Assembly: GCA_046483495.1 (NCBI GenBank)
Contig: JAWODC010000068.1
Span: forward strand, 1 to 47,091
DNA length: 47,091 nt
Direction of reading: 5' to 3'
Origin: Desulfobacterales bacterium
GTDB lineage: Bacteria > Desulfobacterota > Desulfobacteria > Desulfobacterales > UBA5616
The translations under genes and the position numbers were made by a program. Numbering within the stretch: the first letter of the stretch is position 1; each line of letters starts with the position of its first letter. Under the pieces are notes generated by a model, which was given only the letters and a program-made list of their open reading frames with translations, was not told where the DNA came from and did not search any database. This document shows, in pieces, positions 9,605-18,943 of this stretch.

Positions 9605-10903
9605 TCAATCGGGCAGCAGATCATAGAAATACATCATCGAATCGGAGCGGGTGATGATGCCGATCATCCGCCCATTTTCAACGACCGGCAGCCTGCCGAT
9701 ATCATGTTTTACCATCAAACGGGCCGCTTCAACGGGACTTCGCCCGGGTTCGATAGTCACCACGTTGGTGTTCATGTACGCTTTAACCGGTGCTTTCAAT
9801 TTGGAATTCTTCCGGATTTTACGAAAATCCCGCCTGGAAATAATGCCGACCAGATGGTCATTGTCCACCACCGGTATTCCCGTACACCCTTTTTCCTTGA
9901 GGATATCGGCGACCTCTCCCATCGTTGTATCCGGCGAAACCGTAATCACCGGAAACGACATAAGGTCTGAAATCTGAACCGAACTTCGCTGGTTTCCTTC
10001 GATCAGTTCCCGAATCATGCCCGCCACGATATCAGGGTTCACATGATTCAGCATGGCGGAACCGGCTCCGGGATGACCACCGCCGCCCAGACTTCGCATG
10101 ATCGTGCCCATATCGATCCGATCCACATTGCTCCTGCCGATGACAATGCAACGGTTTTTTTCCGAATTTACAAATATTCCGAATGCAGCGTCGACGTTCA
10201 ATATTTCGCGATACATACGAACGACGACAGCCAGGTTGTCGACGTGTCCTTTGATTTGGACGGTGTTAATGCTCACGGTAAAGCCGCCGAGTTTGGACCT
10301 TCTTGCACTCTGCAGCATTTTGAACAGCACTTCCTTCTGTTTTTCGCCGTATGCCGGCCTTAAAAAAGTGTTCAGCACCGCCAGATCCGCATGCTGTTCC
10401 AGCAGGTAGCCCGCGGCATAGGCATCTTCCGCTGTTGAATTATGGAAGGTCAAATTCCCTGTATCTTCATAGATTCCGGCCAGAAACAATGTGGCCTGCA
10501 TGGGGGAGAGGCGCCTGCCCTCTTTTTTTATCCTTCGCATCATCAGGGTGATGTTCGCCCCGGACGGCTCCTGGCAGGACCAGGCGGCACCGATGCTTCC
10601 CCGGGTCATGTGATGATCCCAGAGAATGATTTCAAGATCCTTCTTTTTCCGCAGGCCGTCCATGCGCTCCAGCCGGGACCAGCTGTTCGTATCGACAACC
10701 ACGAGCTTATCGACATCCGCCAGTTCCACATCACCGCTCTGGTGCAGATCGAATAAATCTTTGTGAATGGACAAAAACGCCTTGACATTGGGATTGATGG
10801 TTTTGGGAATGACGGCGACGGCGCCCGGATACAAAATCGTCGACGCGACCACAGACGCCAGTGCATCAAAATCCATATTTTTGTGGGTGGTAATAATCTG
10901 CAT
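9605..10903 (-). CDS. DHH/DHHA1 phosphoesterase with C-terminal CBS pair
   Basis: Start at MQIITTH (GAGG SD). THKNMDFD, VVVDT, WDHH, GIYEDTG, GGGHPGAGSA and two CBS repeats. Confidence 0.9.
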   Translation of the reverse strand: MQIITTHKNMDFDALASVVASTILYPGAVAVIPKTINPNVKAFLSIHKDLFDLHQSGDVELADVDKLVVVDTNSWSRLERMDGLRKKKDLEIILWDHHMTRGSIGAAWSCQEPSGANITLMMRRIKKEGRRLSPMQATLFLAGIYEDTGNLTFHNSTAEDAYAAGYLLEQHADLAVLNTFLRPAYGEKQKEVLFKMLQSARRSKLGGFTVSINTVQIKGHVDNLAVVVRMYREILNVDAAFGIFVNSEKNRCIVIGRSNVDRIDMGTIMRSLGGGGHPGAGSAMLNHVNPDIVAGMIRELIEGNQRSSVQISDLMSFPVITVSPDTTMGEVADILKEKGCTGIPVVDNDHLVGIISRRDFRKIRKNSKLKAPVKAYMNTNVVTIEPGRSPVEAARLMVKHDIGRLPVVENGRMIGIITRSDSMMYFYDLLPD

Positions 10904-10910
10904 GATCGCC

Positions 10911-11723
10911 TCACTCGCCGATATAATGGATCTTTTTCCGATCGGACCCGACATCGGCGCCGGCACTGCAACCGCAATCGTATCCGATCCGGTGTATTGC
11001 TGGACCCGGCTGACGGTATTCCAGTTCGATGCGGTATTTTTCGGTTTCCGCTTGAAGGTGCAGGGCTTTTTTCGCCAATGAATACCGCAAATAGATAATC
11101 CAGACGCCTAAGCCGAACGTCAGGGCAAATGCCGAAAGAAAAAACCACTTATAGCGAATGACGGTATCGATGCTCAGTTTTCCAAAAAAAGCAAGGAAAT
11201 TGGGAATCACCCAATAGGCAAAGGCCGCCAGAAATATCAGGAAGCCGACGGTAAAAATATGATATCGGCTGACCCGGGCCGACAAGGTTTCCAATTTACC
11301 CTTCGGGGGGCCTGCTTCTTCGGAAAGCGTTTTAGATCCGTCCAATTCCGGATAAAAAAGCGATGTATAAGTTTTGACGAAGAGAACCAGCAACAGCATC
11401 ACAGCGACAGGGACCCCGGCCGCCGCGGCAAACCACGCCCGGAACGGAAACGGCTGTTCGGTAGACGTCATTCGTACGTTTAAATTTTCCAGCGGCCCGA
11501 AAAACGTTTCGATATAGCGTTTATCAGAATCGGTGAGGCGACTCCCCTTGACTTCGTGAAGCAGCATCTGTTCGGAATCGCGAATTTGGATTCGTGTCGC
11601 TCTTCCGGATTTGCTTGCGGCTAATGCAAATATTTCAAGCTCCAACAGAAAAAACCCCAGGGCGATGATAATAAATAAAGTTTTGTTTTCTCTTATAATC
11701 GATGATATATTTCTTTTTTCCAT
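10911..11723 (-). CDS. Hypothetical membrane protein (~4 TM)
   Basis: 270-aa ORF with four hydrophobic segments, 7 nt upstream of the DHH-CBS start. Confidence 0.8.
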   Translation of the reverse strand: MEKRNISSIIRENKTLFIIIALGFFLLELEIFALAASKSGRATRIQIRDSEQMLLHEVKGSRLTDSDKRYIETFFGPLENLNVRMTSTEQPFPFRAWFAAAAGVPVAVMLLLVLFVKTYTSLFYPELDGSKTLSEEAGPPKGKLETLSARVSRYHIFTVGFLIFLAAFAYWVIPNFLAFFGKLSIDTVIRYKWFFLSAFALTFGLGVWIIYLRYSLAKKALHLQAETEKYRIELEYRQPGPAIHRIGYDCGCSAGADVGSDRKKIHYIGE

Positions 11724-11863
11724 GTCATGACACCCGGAAAACGCTTGGTTTCGATAATTTCTAAAAAGTCAACAGGTTCCCAAATTTTCTTCAATAATAG
11801 AAAACAAGTGCTGCGTCAAGACGGATAACGACTCAAGAAAAATTGCGAAAGGGCGGATGTACG

Positions 11864-13201
11864 ATGTCTAACCTGGAAACAATCTATCGGAATATTTACA
11901 GGTTTCTAAAGACGGATATCTGGCGGATTCCTCTGACACACCACGGAGGCTTGAAAGGCCTGGGCATCAAATTCATCCGCATCATGATCGTCTGCATCCG
12001 CGGCTTTTCTGAGGACAAACTCCCGCTGCGGGCATCGGCCCTGACGTTTTATTCTCTGCTTTCCCTTGTTCCGGTATTGGCCATGGCCTTTGGCATCGCC
12101 AAGGGATTCGGGTTTCAATCCATGCTTGAAAAACGGCTCTATGAAAATTTTCCAGGGCAGGAAGAATTGATGGTGCGATTGGTGGAATATGCCGATTCCC
12201 TCCTGCAAACGGCCAAAGGGGGCCTGATTGCCGGTATCGGTGTCGCCGTACTGTTCTGGATGGTGATAAAAGTGCTCGGCAATATCGAAAAATCATTTAA
12301 CGACATTTGGGGAATACGAAAGGCCAGAACCTTCGGCAGAAAATTCAGTGATTATTTGTCCATGATGCTTATCGGTCCATTGCTGCTGATCATGTCCGGA
12401 AGCGCCACTGTTTTTATCACCGCGAAGGTCAACGTCATCGTCAGCAAGATATACCTGTTTGGGCTTGTCAGCCCGGTGATATCGTTTCTGCTGAAAGCAT
12501 TGCCGTTCGTTCTGCTATGGGTGCTCTTTACGATCATTTACATTCTTATGCCCAATACAAAGGTCAGAATCCGATCGGGCTTTTACGCAGGCCTTATTGC
12601 CGGCACCGTTTACCAGTTGAGCCAATGGATTTACATTACCTTCCAGGTCGGTGCCGCACGATACAATGCCATATACGGCAGTTTTGCAGCCCTGCCGTTA
12701 TTTCTTGTCTGGCTGCAAATCAGCTGGATCGTTGTACTGATGGGAGCTGAAATTTCCTTTGCCCACCAAAACGCGGATCTGTTCGAGTTCGAACCGGATG
12801 TCTTGAACATCAGCGACCACAAAAAAAAGCTGCTGGCCCTGAGCATATCCCATCACCTGGTGAAAAATTTTATCAGCGATGCCCCCCCTTCAACGGCTGT
12901 CGATATTTCCAAAGAACTGGAGCTTCCCATCCGCCTGACCCGGCAAATTCTTGACGATCTGGTGGAAAGCAAAACATTTTCCATAACCCCGGCTGATACC
13001 GATCAGGAGCCCGGCTATCAACCGGCAAAAGACGTCAATAAAATTTCCATTCAGTATATCGTCGAAGCGCTGGAAAATCGGGGAAGCAGCGGCATCCAGG
13101 TGAGGGAAACCGGGGAGACGAGGGCCATTGCCGAATGTCTCGAGGCGATTCGCGAAAAGATTCGCAGCGCACCGGAGAACAGGCTCCTTCGGGATATTTG
13201 A
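11864..13201 (+). CDS. YihY/virulence factor BrkB family membrane protein with C-terminal wHTH-like extension
   Basis: RASALTFYSLLSLVP, IEKSFNDIW, YNAIYGSFAALPLFLVWL..SW..VLxGAE. Confidence 0.92.
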   Translation: MSNLETIYRNIYRFLKTDIWRIPLTHHGGLKGLGIKFIRIMIVCIRGFSEDKLPLRASALTFYSLLSLVPVLAMAFGIAKGFGFQSMLEKRLYENFPGQEELMVRLVEYADSLLQTAKGGLIAGIGVAVLFWMVIKVLGNIEKSFNDIWGIRKARTFGRKFSDYLSMMLIGPLLLIMSGSATVFITAKVNVIVSKIYLFGLVSPVISFLLKALPFVLLWVLFTIIYILMPNTKVRIRSGFYAGLIAGTVYQLSQWIYITFQVGAARYNAIYGSFAALPLFLVWLQISWIVVLMGAEISFAHQNADLFEFEPDVLNISDHKKKLLALSISHHLVKNFISDAPPSTAVDISKELELPIRLTRQILDDLVESKTFSITPADTDQEPGYQPAKDVNKISIQYIVEALENRGSSGIQVRETGETRAIAECLEAIREKIRSAPENRLLRDI

Positions 13202-13213
13202 CGCAATTATATG

Positions 13214-13274
13214 TTGACCCGATATGGGTATTCAGTTATTAGCTTGATGAAAATTCGGTTTCAAATGATCATTT
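13214..13274 (+). promoter_or_regulatory. Putative sigma70 promoter with downstream palindromic operator-like sites
   Basis: TTGACC-N17-TATTAG, then TGAAA-N6-TTTCA and the perfect palindrome AAATGATCATTT (13263-13274). Confidence 0.4.
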
Positions 13275-13324
13275 TTCACTAACCGGTGGCCATTCAGAAA
13301 TGGACACATTGCCAAGGAGGGTAG

Positions 13325-14449
13325 ATGGGACCGCTGAAGGGAATAAAAATCATCGAAGTCGCCGGCATAGGACCGGGGCCGTTCTGTGCCATGATGCTGG
13401 CGGACATGGGTGCGGATATCATTCGCGTGGATCGTAAAGGCAGCCCGGGTATGGGCAAATTCGACATACTGAATCGGAGCCGGCGCTCAGTGGCCGTGGA
13501 CTTGAAAAATCCTGACGGTGTCGAGCTGCTGCTGAAATTGGTGGAAAAGGCGGACGCGCTGCAGGAAGGATTCCGTCCGGGCGTTATGGAAAATTTAGGG
13601 CTCGGTCCTGATGAATGCCTCGGGCGCAATCCCCGCCTCGTTTACGGACGGATGACGGGGTGGGGGCAGGAAGGGCCACTTTCCAAGGCCGCCGGTCACG
13701 ACATTAATTATATTTCACTTTCCGGCGCCCTTCATGCCATCGGCCATTACGGCGGAAAACCGGTTCCACCCCTGAACCTGGTAGGCGATTTCGGCGGCGG
13801 GGGAATGCTGTTGGCCTTCGGAATGGTCTGCGGCCTTTTGGAGGCCAAAACATCCGGCAAAGGTCAGGTAGTGGATGCGGCCATGGTAGATGGTTCCGCC
13901 GCATTAATGGCCATGATGTACGGCATGAAGGCTGCCGGCATCTGGAAAGACGAACGGGGAACCAATATGGTGGACACGGGCGCTCATTTTTATGATACCT
14001 ATCAAACCGCCGACGGCAAGTATATTTCCATCGGGTCCATAGAACCCCAGTTTTATGCGCTGCTGCTCAAGCTCGGGCAAATCGATGACCCGCAATTCCA
14101 GAATCAGCATGACCGCTCGAATTGGCCGATGCTGAAGGAAAAAATCGCTTCCGTATTCAAAACCAAGACGCGGGATGAATGGTGCGACATCATGCTGGGG
14201 ACCGATACCTGTTTTGCACCGGTTCTTTCCATGGAAGAGGCCATTACGCATCCCCATAACCTGGCTCGAAATACGTTTGTCGACATAGACGGGATCGATC
14301 AGCCGGGACCCGCTCCGCGATTCAGCCGAACAAAGCCGGAAATACAGGGGCCGCCACCCGAGCCCGGTCAGCACAATGATTCCGCACTGTCGGATTGGGG
14401 AATTACCGGTGAGGAGATCGAGGCCTTAAAAAAGAGCGGAGCACTTTAA
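13325..14449 (+). CDS. CaiB/BaiF family III CoA-transferase (alpha-methylacyl-CoA racemase-like)
   Basis: [40 protein letters not shown]. Confidence 0.93.
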   Translation: MGPLKGIKIIEVAGIGPGPFCAMMLADMGADIIRVDRKGSPGMGKFDILNRSRRSVAVDLKNPDGVELLLKLVEKADALQEGFRPGVMENLGLGPDECLGRNPRLVYGRMTGWGQEGPLSKAAGHDINYISLSGALHAIGHYGGKPVPPLNLVGDFGGGGMLLAFGMVCGLLEAKTSGKGQVVDAAMVDGSAALMAMMYGMKAAGIWKDERGTNMVDTGAHFYDTYQTADGKYISIGSIEPQFYALLLKLGQIDDPQFQNQHDRSNWPMLKEKIASVFKTKTRDEWCDIMLGTDTCFAPVLSMEEAITHPHNLARNTFVDIDGIDQPGPAPRFSRTKPEIQGPPPEPGQHNDSALSDWGITGEEIEALKKSGAL

Positions 14450-14474
14450 GAGGGAGAAAAAAGGAGACATATCG

Positions 14475-15056
14475 ATGGAAATTCTCGCTTTCAACGGAAG
14501 CCCCAGATCAGGCGGAAATACGTCCACTATAATTAAAGCGATGCTGGAAGGCGCACGATCGGCCGGAGCGGAAACCACCGAAGTTCGACTTCACGATATC
14601 GATTTAAAAGGATGCATGGGCTGTTTGAGCTGCCGCACCGAGCCGGGGATATGCAAACAGAAAGATGACCTTTCTCCGTATCTTGAAGCCATGAAAACCT
14701 GCGGCGGTATTATCGTGGGCAGTCCGATTTACATGTATCATATTACCGGACAGATGAAGATATTCGTTGACCGCTGCTATTCCCTGTACACCCCCGGCAA
14801 TGAAGTCGGCCAATACGGCACGGCGATTCCGCCCGGCAAAACTTGTGCGCTGGTGACTTCGCAGGGGCATCCGGATCCAAACCGCTTTCATAAAGCCATT
14901 CGATGGCTCGCCGGTATGACGGGCAGCGGTTTCGGGTATTCCGAGGTCGGCAGAATCATTCACGTCAACAGCCATCTGGAACCGGCGAAAGAGAACACCG
15001 CCCTGCTGGAAGAAGCGAGGCGCATCGGGCGTGCACTGGTAGAAATGAGCCGATAG
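14475..15056 (+). CDS. Iron-sulfur flavoprotein / NADPH-dependent FMN reductase family
   Basis: GSPRSGGNT, CxxCxxC...C (CMGCLSC...C), GSPIY, KIFVDR. Confidence 0.9.
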   Translation: MEILAFNGSPRSGGNTSTIIKAMLEGARSAGAETTEVRLHDIDLKGCMGCLSCRTEPGICKQKDDLSPYLEAMKTCGGIIVGSPIYMYHITGQMKIFVDRCYSLYTPGNEVGQYGTAIPPGKTCALVTSQGHPDPNRFHKAIRWLAGMTGSGFGYSEVGRIIHVNSHLEPAKENTALLEEARRIGRALVEMSR

Positions 15057-15107
15057 GACAACCATCACTCGGTTTACATTTCAATGGTGACCGGGATCAC
15101 GGGCAAA

Positions 15108-15542
15108 ATGATCCAAATCACCCGTTCCATAGCAATCGACGAGAAAGAGATAAAACTTGAATTCATCCGCTCATCCGGTCCGGGTGGGCAACATGTGAAC
15201 AAGGTTTCTACGGCCGTTCTTCTGCGCTTCGATATCACGAATTCACCCTCTCTTTCGGACTTCGTGAAAACCCGGCTGATTCGTATTGCGGGAAACCGGG
15301 TATCCTCGGACGGCATTCTGAACATCAAGGCCCAATCGGGGAGAACCCAGGAACAAAACCGAAGAGAAGCCGTAAAGCGTCTTACAAGACTGGTGGAAAG
15401 GGCGGCTGAAAAACCTAAACCTCGATTAAAGACGCGGCCTTCATTGGCCAAGAAGCAGCAACGGCTCGAAAAGAAGCAGCATCGGAGCAAAATCAAACAC
15501 ATGCGGCGAAGGATCGGTAAATCACCGCCTGATTACGATTAA
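15108..15542 (+). CDS. arfB: Alternative ribosome rescue peptidyl-tRNA hydrolase ArfB
   Basis: FIRSSGPGGQHVNKVST, RTQEQNR and a basic C-terminal tail. Confidence 0.93.
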   Translation: MIQITRSIAIDEKEIKLEFIRSSGPGGQHVNKVSTAVLLRFDITNSPSLSDFVKTRLIRIAGNRVSSDGILNIKAQSGRTQEQNRREAVKRLTRLVERAAEKPKPRLKTRPSLAKKQQRLEKKQHRSKIKHMRRRIGKSPPDYD

Positions 15543-15566
15543 TGTTTTCCGGCATTCGAAACCATC

Positions 15567-16046
15567 ATGAAAGGCAATATCGGCGGCACTATTACTCGAA
15601 TCGGGGTCATTTCAGATACCCACGGGCGGTTGGCGCCGGAAATCGCAACCATCTTTAAACATATCGATATGATTCTCCACGCGGGGGACATCGACGATCC
15701 GGAAGTACTGAAACGCCTTAATGCCATTGCCCCTGTGACAGCCGTCCGCGGAAACATGGACCGCGGAAAATGGGCCAAAACCTTACCGAAAACCGAGTTG
15801 ATAAGCATTAACGATGTTGATTTTTATGTGTTACATGATCTGCATGATCTGGACATCGATCCAAAATCAATTGGAATCAGTGCAGTCATTTACGGGCACA
15901 CGCATCACGCCCGAATCACCGAAGACAGGCACACCATCCTGATTAATCCTGGAAGTGCCTCCCTGCCCCGCAAGGGGGCGGCCCCATCGGTTGCCGTAAT
16001 TTCTGTTCACCGTCGCCGGATTTACCCGCAGATATTTTATTTTTAG
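15567..16046 (+). CDS. YfcE-like calcineurin-type metallophosphoesterase
   Basis: ISDTH, HAGD, VRGNMD, GHTH and NPGS motifs. Confidence 0.92.
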   Translation: MKGNIGGTITRIGVISDTHGRLAPEIATIFKHIDMILHAGDIDDPEVLKRLNAIAPVTAVRGNMDRGKWAKTLPKTELISINDVDFYVLHDLHDLDIDPKSIGISAVIYGHTHHARITEDRHTILINPGSASLPRKGAAPSVAVISVHRRRIYPQIFYF

Positions 16047-16103
16047 AAACGGCCCATCGGTCCCGCGTATCTTCGGCGTTCAGATCGAAGGATAGAGCGG
16101 TTT

Positions 16104-16125
16104 GGGGATCTGCATCCCCCCTTTT
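16104..16125 (+). terminator. Putative intrinsic terminator
   Basis: GGGGAT-CTGC-ATCCCC followed by CCTTTT. Confidence 0.4.
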
Positions 16126-16161
16126 AGGTGATTCATAAAACTTCTTAAATTTCGATAAAAA

Positions 16162-16190
16162 TTGACATAGATGTTCAAGAAACGTATAGA
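16162..16190 (+). promoter_or_regulatory. Putative sigma70 promoter for purF-like gene
   Basis: TTGACA-N17-TATAGA; AAGGAG SD before ATG 16230. Confidence 0.5.
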
Positions 16191-16229
16191 AATGATTTTT
16201 CATCACCAATAAACCAAGGAGAAAAATCA

Positions 16230-17633
16230 ATGGGTGGAATGTTCGGCGTGGTTTCCGAACGCGACTGCGTCATGGACCTTTTTTATGGAACGGATTACCA
16301 TTCCCATCTCGGCACGAAAAGGGGAGGAATGGCGGTTAAAAGCGATTTGAAATTCATCAGGTTCATTCACAACATCGAGAACAATTATTTCAGGTCCAAG
16401 TTCGAGACGGATTTGCCCAAAATTCACGGCAATAAAGGAATCGGCGTCATCAGCGACACGGATTCCCAACCACTGGTTATCGGCTCACATCTTGGGCAAT
16501 TCAGCATCGCTACGGTTGCAAAAGTAAACAATATCGAACAGCTGTCAAAATCGGCGTTTGAGCGCAAAAAAACCTTATCGGAAATCAGCGGCAACGAAGT
16601 CAGCCCTACCGAAGTGATTTCAATGCTCATATGCGAGCAGGAAAATTTCAAGGACGGTATTGTTCATGCGCAGGAATTGGTTCACGGGTCATGTTCAATT
16701 CTTATTTTAACAGACAAGGGGATATATGCTGCAAGGGACAAACTCGGCAGAACACCCTTGATGATCGGCAGGAAAGCCGGAGCGTTTGTTGCGACATCGG
16801 AAACATGCGCCTTTCACAACCTCGGATATGAACTGGATCGATACCTGGGTCCGGGAGAAATTGTCTTCATTACACCCGACGGTGTCGAACAAATCAAACC
16901 GCCGGGCGACAAGATGCAGGTGTGTTCGTTTTTGTGGGTTTATTACGGTTATCCGGCCTCGAGCTATGAGGGCATTAACGTAGAAATCGTCCGATACCGC
17001 TGCGGTGCCATGCTGGCAGAGCATGACGATGTCGAGATCGACCTCGTTTCGGGCATCCCTGACTCGGGCATCGGGCATGCCCTGGGGTACGCCAATCAAA
17101 GGCGGTTTCCCTACCAGCGGCCGTATGTAAAATATACACCGACCTGGCCGAGAAGTTTCATGCCCCAGAATCAGCCCCAGCGGGATTTGGTGGCCCGAAT
17201 GAAACTAATCCCAATTATGGACCTGATCGACGGGAAACGCATTCTGTTTTGCGATGATTCCATTGTCAGGGGAACCCAGCTGAAAGAAAACATTCAGTCT
17301 ATTTTCGATATGGGCGCAAAGGAAATTCATATGCGCATAGCGTGCCCGACATTGATCTACCCCTGCGAATTTTTAAATTTTTCGTCCTCCCGGTCAACGC
17401 TCGACCTTGCCGGAAGGAAGGCGATAAAGCAAATCGAAGGTACGGAAGATGTCAATCTGCAGGAATATGCGACCGCCGGCTCGGAGAAAAACAGGCTGAT
17501 GGTGGACAAGATCAGGCAGAACCTCAAGCTTACCTCGTTAACATACCAAAAAATGAACGATCTTGTCCATTCGATCGGGCTTCCAAAAGATAAACTCTGC
17601 ACCCACTGCTGGGACGGATCGAGTTACTACTGA
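16230..17633 (+). CDS. purF: Amidophosphoribosyltransferase (PurF) variant lacking N-terminal catalytic Cys
   Basis: PRPP-binding LFCDDSIVRGT, IPDSG, RSFMP and Fe-S Cys (VCSF, YPC, CTHC). Begins MGGMFG instead of MCG. Confidence 0.85.
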   Translation: MGGMFGVVSERDCVMDLFYGTDYHSHLGTKRGGMAVKSDLKFIRFIHNIENNYFRSKFETDLPKIHGNKGIGVISDTDSQPLVIGSHLGQFSIATVAKVNNIEQLSKSAFERKKTLSEISGNEVSPTEVISMLICEQENFKDGIVHAQELVHGSCSILILTDKGIYAARDKLGRTPLMIGRKAGAFVATSETCAFHNLGYELDRYLGPGEIVFITPDGVEQIKPPGDKMQVCSFLWVYYGYPASSYEGINVEIVRYRCGAMLAEHDDVEIDLVSGIPDSGIGHALGYANQRRFPYQRPYVKYTPTWPRSFMPQNQPQRDLVARMKLIPIMDLIDGKRILFCDDSIVRGTQLKENIQSIFDMGAKEIHMRIACPTLIYPCEFLNFSSSRSTLDLAGRKAIKQIEGTEDVNLQEYATAGSEKNRLMVDKIRQNLKLTSLTYQKMNDLVHSIGLPKDKLCTHCWDGSSYY

Positions 17634-17655
17634 TGAAAGGTGTTGAAGGACCACC

Positions 17656-17913
17656 ATGATTATTGATATGCATGTCCATTCCAAGGCGTCACTGGATTCC
17701 CGCTTTGTATGCAAATACAAGTCTCGTTATCAGCTCAATGGTCTTGTCCTTACCGAGCATCGCTTTTATGATACCGATACCGATTATGCCAATCACCACT
17801 GGTTTTTAACATGCGCCACCGAATTCGAGAATCCGGTTTACTCGGATGATGATTTGGCAAAAGAACTGGAGAGCGGCAACTTTCGCCCTGTCCGCCTTAA
17901 ACAGCAACGATAA
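17656..17913 (+). pseudogene. Internally deleted PHP-domain protein remnant
   Basis: MIIDMHVHS..S.DS and GLVLTEH (PHP N-terminal motifs) joined almost directly to a CATEFENP...LxxELxSG C-terminus; only 85 aa. Confidence 0.65.
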
Positions 17914-17942
17914 AGGCCGACCAACGGCCCCTCTTTCTTTTT
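17914..17942 (+). terminator. Putative intrinsic terminator
   Basis: GGCCG-ACCAA-CGGCC followed by a pyrimidine/T tract. Confidence 0.4.
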
Positions 17943-17957
17943 CAACGTTGTGGCACC

Positions 17958-18893
17958 TTGAAGGAAGACTACCTGATCATTCACCAGGGCGCCCTGGGAG
18001 ATCTCATTCTGACCTTGACCGCCGTGAATCGGGTTTGCAAAAAACCTTCCGGCATTTTCTGCAGGTCCGGCTTGATACCACTGATCCGGCATCTCGATAT
18101 TGCAGACGAGGTGCAGTCCGTGGAAACGCGGATTTTTTCTCAACTGTATGAGGATACACCCTCGATTCGATGCGCATCCTTATTTGAGAATTACCATCAC
18201 ATTCTACTGTTTTCCAACGCATCGATCTTGAGTAAAAACATCCGGTCATTAACCGATGCGCATGTACACCGGATATCGCCGCGTCCTGTTCCGGAAAACA
18301 GGATGCACATCGTCGAACACCTGACACTCGAGCTCAACCGAATCGGTGCTCGATGTGCGCCGTCCCGAGACAAGTACCGCATGAAACATGCGGACGGGGA
18401 TTTCGGCAACAGCCCAAGCATTTTGATTCATCCCGGCTCGGGAAGCCGTCGAAAAAACTGGCCGCTGGAAAATTTTGTCCGTATCTATCATCGGCTGAAA
18501 CGTGACGGCCTTGCCGTTAAATGGATAGCCGGACCGGCGGAAAAACACATGCTCGATGGTTTGAACGTATTCGGGATCGATGAAGAGAACATTTATAGCA
18601 ATGACCTGATCGGATTGTGCAGCCGACTGCGGGAAGCCGGGCTTTTAATCGGCAATGATTCCGGGCCCAGCCATTTGGCGGCTTTTCTGGGAACGGCTGT
18701 CCTCACCATTTTCGGCCCGTCCGATCCGGTGCGCTGGCGTCCATTGGGATCTCACGTAAACGTGATGCTGCCTGAGACCCGCTGCATCCCTTGTTTTGAA
18801 AGCGAAACGTATCCCTGTGAACGGCCGGTGTGCTTTAAAGGCATTACCGTGGAAAAGGTATACCGGAAGGTGAAGCACCTTGTGGGGGCCTGA
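17958..18893 (+). CDS. Glycosyltransferase family 9 (LPS heptosyltransferase-like)
   Basis: GALGDLIL, IHPGSG..RKNWP, GNDSGPSHLAA, IFGPSDP..WRP. Confidence 0.9.
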   Translation: MKEDYLIIHQGALGDLILTLTAVNRVCKKPSGIFCRSGLIPLIRHLDIADEVQSVETRIFSQLYEDTPSIRCASLFENYHHILLFSNASILSKNIRSLTDAHVHRISPRPVPENRMHIVEHLTLELNRIGARCAPSRDKYRMKHADGDFGNSPSILIHPGSGSRRKNWPLENFVRIYHRLKRDGLAVKWIAGPAEKHMLDGLNVFGIDEENIYSNDLIGLCSRLREAGLLIGNDSGPSHLAAFLGTAVLTIFGPSDPVRWRPLGSHVNVMLPETRCIPCFESETYPCERPVCFKGITVEKVYRKVKHLVGA

Positions 18894-18943
18894 TAATGCA
18901 TTCGGCCGCCGGATATTCCCGGCTGATAGGAAGTGACAAAAAA

